Of a DNA stretch of 24,000 nucleotides, positions 22,152-24,000 are shown in pieces. The stretch comes from Acidipropionibacterium acidipropionici. GTDB taxonomy: Bacteria; Actinomycetota; Actinomycetes; Propionibacteriales; Propionibacteriaceae. The position numbers and the translations under genes were made by a program. Position 1 is the first letter of the stretch. Each line of letters begins with the position of its first letter. Location: assembly GCF_001441165.1 (NCBI RefSeq), contig NZ_CP013126.1, positions 625,551 through 649,550 of the forward strand, read 5' to 3'. Below the pieces are notes generated by a model that was not told the origin of the DNA, made no database searches, and worked only from the letters and a program-made list of their open reading frames with translations.

Positions 22152-23485
22152 CCCAGGGCATGGGGACCGAAGGCCCGACAATCCACTGTCGCAGGGCGCT
22201 GGTCGACGGGCGATTCGTCGACGACGTGAGGATCGAGGTGGACGCCGACGGCCGGATCGCCGCACTGACCCGCGGCCTGTCCGCCTCGTCTCCCCTCTTC
22301 CTCCATCCCGATGCGAATCTGCAGCTGGGCGTCGTCGTCCCCGGATTCGCCAACACCCACTCCCACCTCTTCCACCGGGCCCTGCGAGGTGCGACCGGGG
22401 GTGACGACTTCTGGTCCTGGCGCCAGGCCATGTACCGGATCGCCGGCCGTCTGGAGCCCGACTTGTACCGGCGTCTGGCCGCCGCGGTGTTCTCCGAGAT
22501 GGTCGCGGCCGGATACACATCGGTCGCGGAGTTCCACTACCTCCATCACCGCCCCGACGGCCGGCCCTACCCGCACCACGACATGGAGATGGCGGTGGCC
22601 GCGGGGGCCGCCGAGGCCGGAATCCGGCTCACCCTGCTGGACACCTGCTACCTGCATTCCGGCCTGGGCGACGGATCCGGGACGCCGTTGACGCCCGAGC
22701 AGGCCCGATTCGGCGACGGCTCGGCGGCCGCCTGGCTGGAGCGCTGGTACCGGCTGCGCGACGCCTTGGCCCGGGAATATCCCCAATGCAAGCTGGGAGC
22801 GGCGGTGCACAGCGTCCGCGCCCTGACTCCCGCAGAGATCGCCGAAGCCGTCGCCGGGCTTCCCGACGACGTCCCGCTGCACGTCCATGTCTCCGAGCAG
22901 CCCCGGGAGAACGCCGACTGCCTGGCCGCCACCGGCCTGACCCCCACCGGCGTCCTGGCCCAGGCCGAGGCGCTGAGCGGGCGGACCACCGTCGTCCACG
23001 CCACCCATCTCACCGATGAGGACATCGCTCTCATCGCGGGATCGGGCACCGCCGTCTCCCTGTGCCCCACCACCGAGGCGGATCTGGGTGACGGGATCGC
23101 GCGGGTCGCCGACCTCGCCGAGGCCGGGATACCGCTGACCACCGGCACCGACGAGGACGTCGTCACCGACCCCTTCGCCGAACTGCGGCTCCTCGAGTCC
23201 ACCGCCCGGCTGGCCGGTGGGCGGCGCGGGGTGCTGGACGCCGCCGCGCTCTGGCAGGCCGGGGCCGGGAGGGCGCAAGGAGATCCGGGCCTGCGGGTCG
23301 GGGACCCCGCCGATCTCGTCGAGATCGACACCTCGTCGGCCCGGCTGGCCGGGACCGACCCGCTCACCTGGCCGTTGACGGCCGCTGCCGACGACGTCGC
23401 CAGAGTTGTGGTCGGCGGGGTCCTGGCACCGCGCGCCGACGCCGCCGGGCTGCGCGCAGTGCTCGCCGAGATCGAGGAGTCCTGA
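22148..23485 (+). CDS. hutF: Formimidoylglutamate deiminase
   Basis: It has the amidohydrolase-superfamily motif [17 protein letters not shown], then [21 protein letters not shown] and TGTDE. It sits between the M20 gene and hutI with overlapping stop/start codons, a typical actinobacterial hut arrangement. Confidence 0.88.
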   Translation: MTQGMGTEGPTIHCRRALVDGRFVDDVRIEVDADGRIAALTRGLSASSPLFLHPDANLQLGVVVPGFANTHSHLFHRALRGATGGDDFWSWRQAMYRIAGRLEPDLYRRLAAAVFSEMVAAGYTSVAEFHYLHHRPDGRPYPHHDMEMAVAAGAAEAGIRLTLLDTCYLHSGLGDGSGTPLTPEQARFGDGSAAAWLERWYRLRDALAREYPQCKLGAAVHSVRALTPAEIAEAVAGLPDDVPLHVHVSEQPRENADCLAATGLTPTGVLAQAEALSGRTTVVHATHLTDEDIALIAGSGTAVSLCPTTEADLGDGIARVADLAEAGIPLTTGTDEDVVTDPFAELRLLESTARLAGGRRGVLDAAALWQAGAGRAQGDPGLRVGDPADLVEIDTSSARLAGTDPLTWPLTAAADDVARVVVGGVLAPRADAAGLRAVLAEIEES

Positions 23486-24000
23486 TGTCCACCCTCATCA
23501 CCGGCATCGGACGGCTGGTCACCAACGATCCCGGCCGGGATCGCGGACCACTGGGCGAGCTCACGGGGGCCGCGGTCCTCATCGACGGCGAGCAGGTCGC
23601 CTGGGTAGGGGATGCACACGCCGCTCCCCCGGCCGACGAGGCCGTCGATCTGGACGGCGCCGCCGTCATCCCCGGATTCGTCGACTCCCACTCCCACCCC
23701 GTCTTCGCCGGGGAGCGATCCGAGGAGTTCGCCGCCCGGATGGCCGGTCAGCGGTATGCTGCCGGCGGCATTATGAGCACCGTCACCGCCACCCGCGCCG
23801 CCTCCGACGACCGGCTGCGCGCCACCGTCTCCCGGATCCGCGCCGAGATGCTCGACGAAGGCACCACCACCTTCGAGGCCAAGACCGGCTACGGGCTCGA
23901 CGTCGCCACCGAGGCCCGGCTGGCAAGGATCGCCGCGGAGTTCACCGACGAGGTGACCTTCATCGGCGCCCACGTCGTCGGCCCCGAATGGCGCGACGAC
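23485..24000 (+). CDS. hutI: Imidazolonepropionase, 3' end outside the window
   Basis: ATG 23485 overlaps the hutF TGA by 1 nt. Frame 1 is open to the window end. Sequence stretches are [51 protein letters not shown] and FIGAHVV. It is absent from the ORF track because no stop lies in the window. Confidence 0.9.
   Translation, partial: MSTLITGIGRLVTNDPGRDRGPLGELTGAAVLIDGEQVAWVGDAHAAPPADEAVDLDGAAVIPGFVDSHSHPVFAGERSEEFAARMAGQRYAAGGIMSTVTATRAASDDRLRATVSRIRAEMLDEGTTTFEAKTGYGLDVATEARLARIAAEFTDEVTFIGAHVVGPEWRDD

Noticed and set aside
18707-23973. Long minus-strand ORFs across the hut operon (18707-20512, 21009-22520, 21950-23278, 22648-23973) and the plus-strand ORFs 19528-20907 and 21041-22147
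   Set aside because: All are antisense or out of frame relative to genes with clear enzyme motifs. They have low-complexity Gly/Arg/Pro/Ala/Asp composition and no SD or motif support.
1-24000. A search by eye for CRISPR repeats, tRNA/rRNA, IS elements or terminal inverted repeats, integrases, toxin-antitoxin pairs and known defence-system genes
   Set aside because: None was found. The intergenic regions are short (mostly under 300 nt), no spaced direct-repeat array exists, and every large ORF is accounted for by metabolic or housekeeping functions. A tRNAscan/Infernal and DefenseFinder/PADLOC run would be the decisive check.

Overview
This is a very GC-rich chromosomal segment with strong GC3 codon skew and many long Arg/Gly/Pro-rich shadow ORFs, which is typical of Actinobacteria. 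A Propionibacteriales-like organism is only a guess. I support about 23 protein-coding genes.

Gene order, left to right:
- Two tandem CNNM/CorC (DUF21-CBS) transporters, the first cut by the window edge.
- A GNAT acetyltransferase.
- Two adjacent small membrane proteins with a DUF3592-like domain; the first is split by an in-frame TAG.
- A minus-strand sugar/polyol block: zinc-type sorbitol/polyol dehydrogenase, an Arg-rich micro-ORF, a 104-aa orphan, a truncated DUF4232 protein, a short human-type transketolase and a Cof-type HAD phosphatase.
- A plus-strand DedA, cytoplasmic beta-helix protein and M20 peptidase trio.
- An intact secreted DUF4232 paralog.
- An orphan ABC ATPase.
- A DEDDh 3'-5' exonuclease.
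- A secreted PAP2 phosphatase.
- rarA.
- An IclR regulator followed by a histidine-utilisation operon: long-form hutU, an AllC/AmaB-like M20 amidohydrolase, hutF, and hutI cut by the window edge.

I found no rRNA, tRNA, CRISPR array, transposase, integrase or recognisable defence gene. I cannot honestly point to a convincing new multi-gene system; the window looks mostly like core metabolism.

Best leads:
1. A translationally coupled trio of unknowns downstream of the polyol dehydrogenase.
2. RecA-NDp/PafBC-like promoter motifs in front of both DNA-metabolism genes (the exonuclease and rarA), next to a perfect 20-bp inverted repeat that carries the same TTGTCG core.
3. A perfect CRP/GlxR palindrome at class-II distance from an apparently leaderless membrane-protein gene that is interrupted by an amber codon.
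4. An uncharacterised DedA, signal-less beta-helix and M20 peptidase cluster.
5. A hut operon whose N-formylglutamate step appears to be supplied by an M20 enzyme.

All family calls come from reading motifs by eye. No database search was run.
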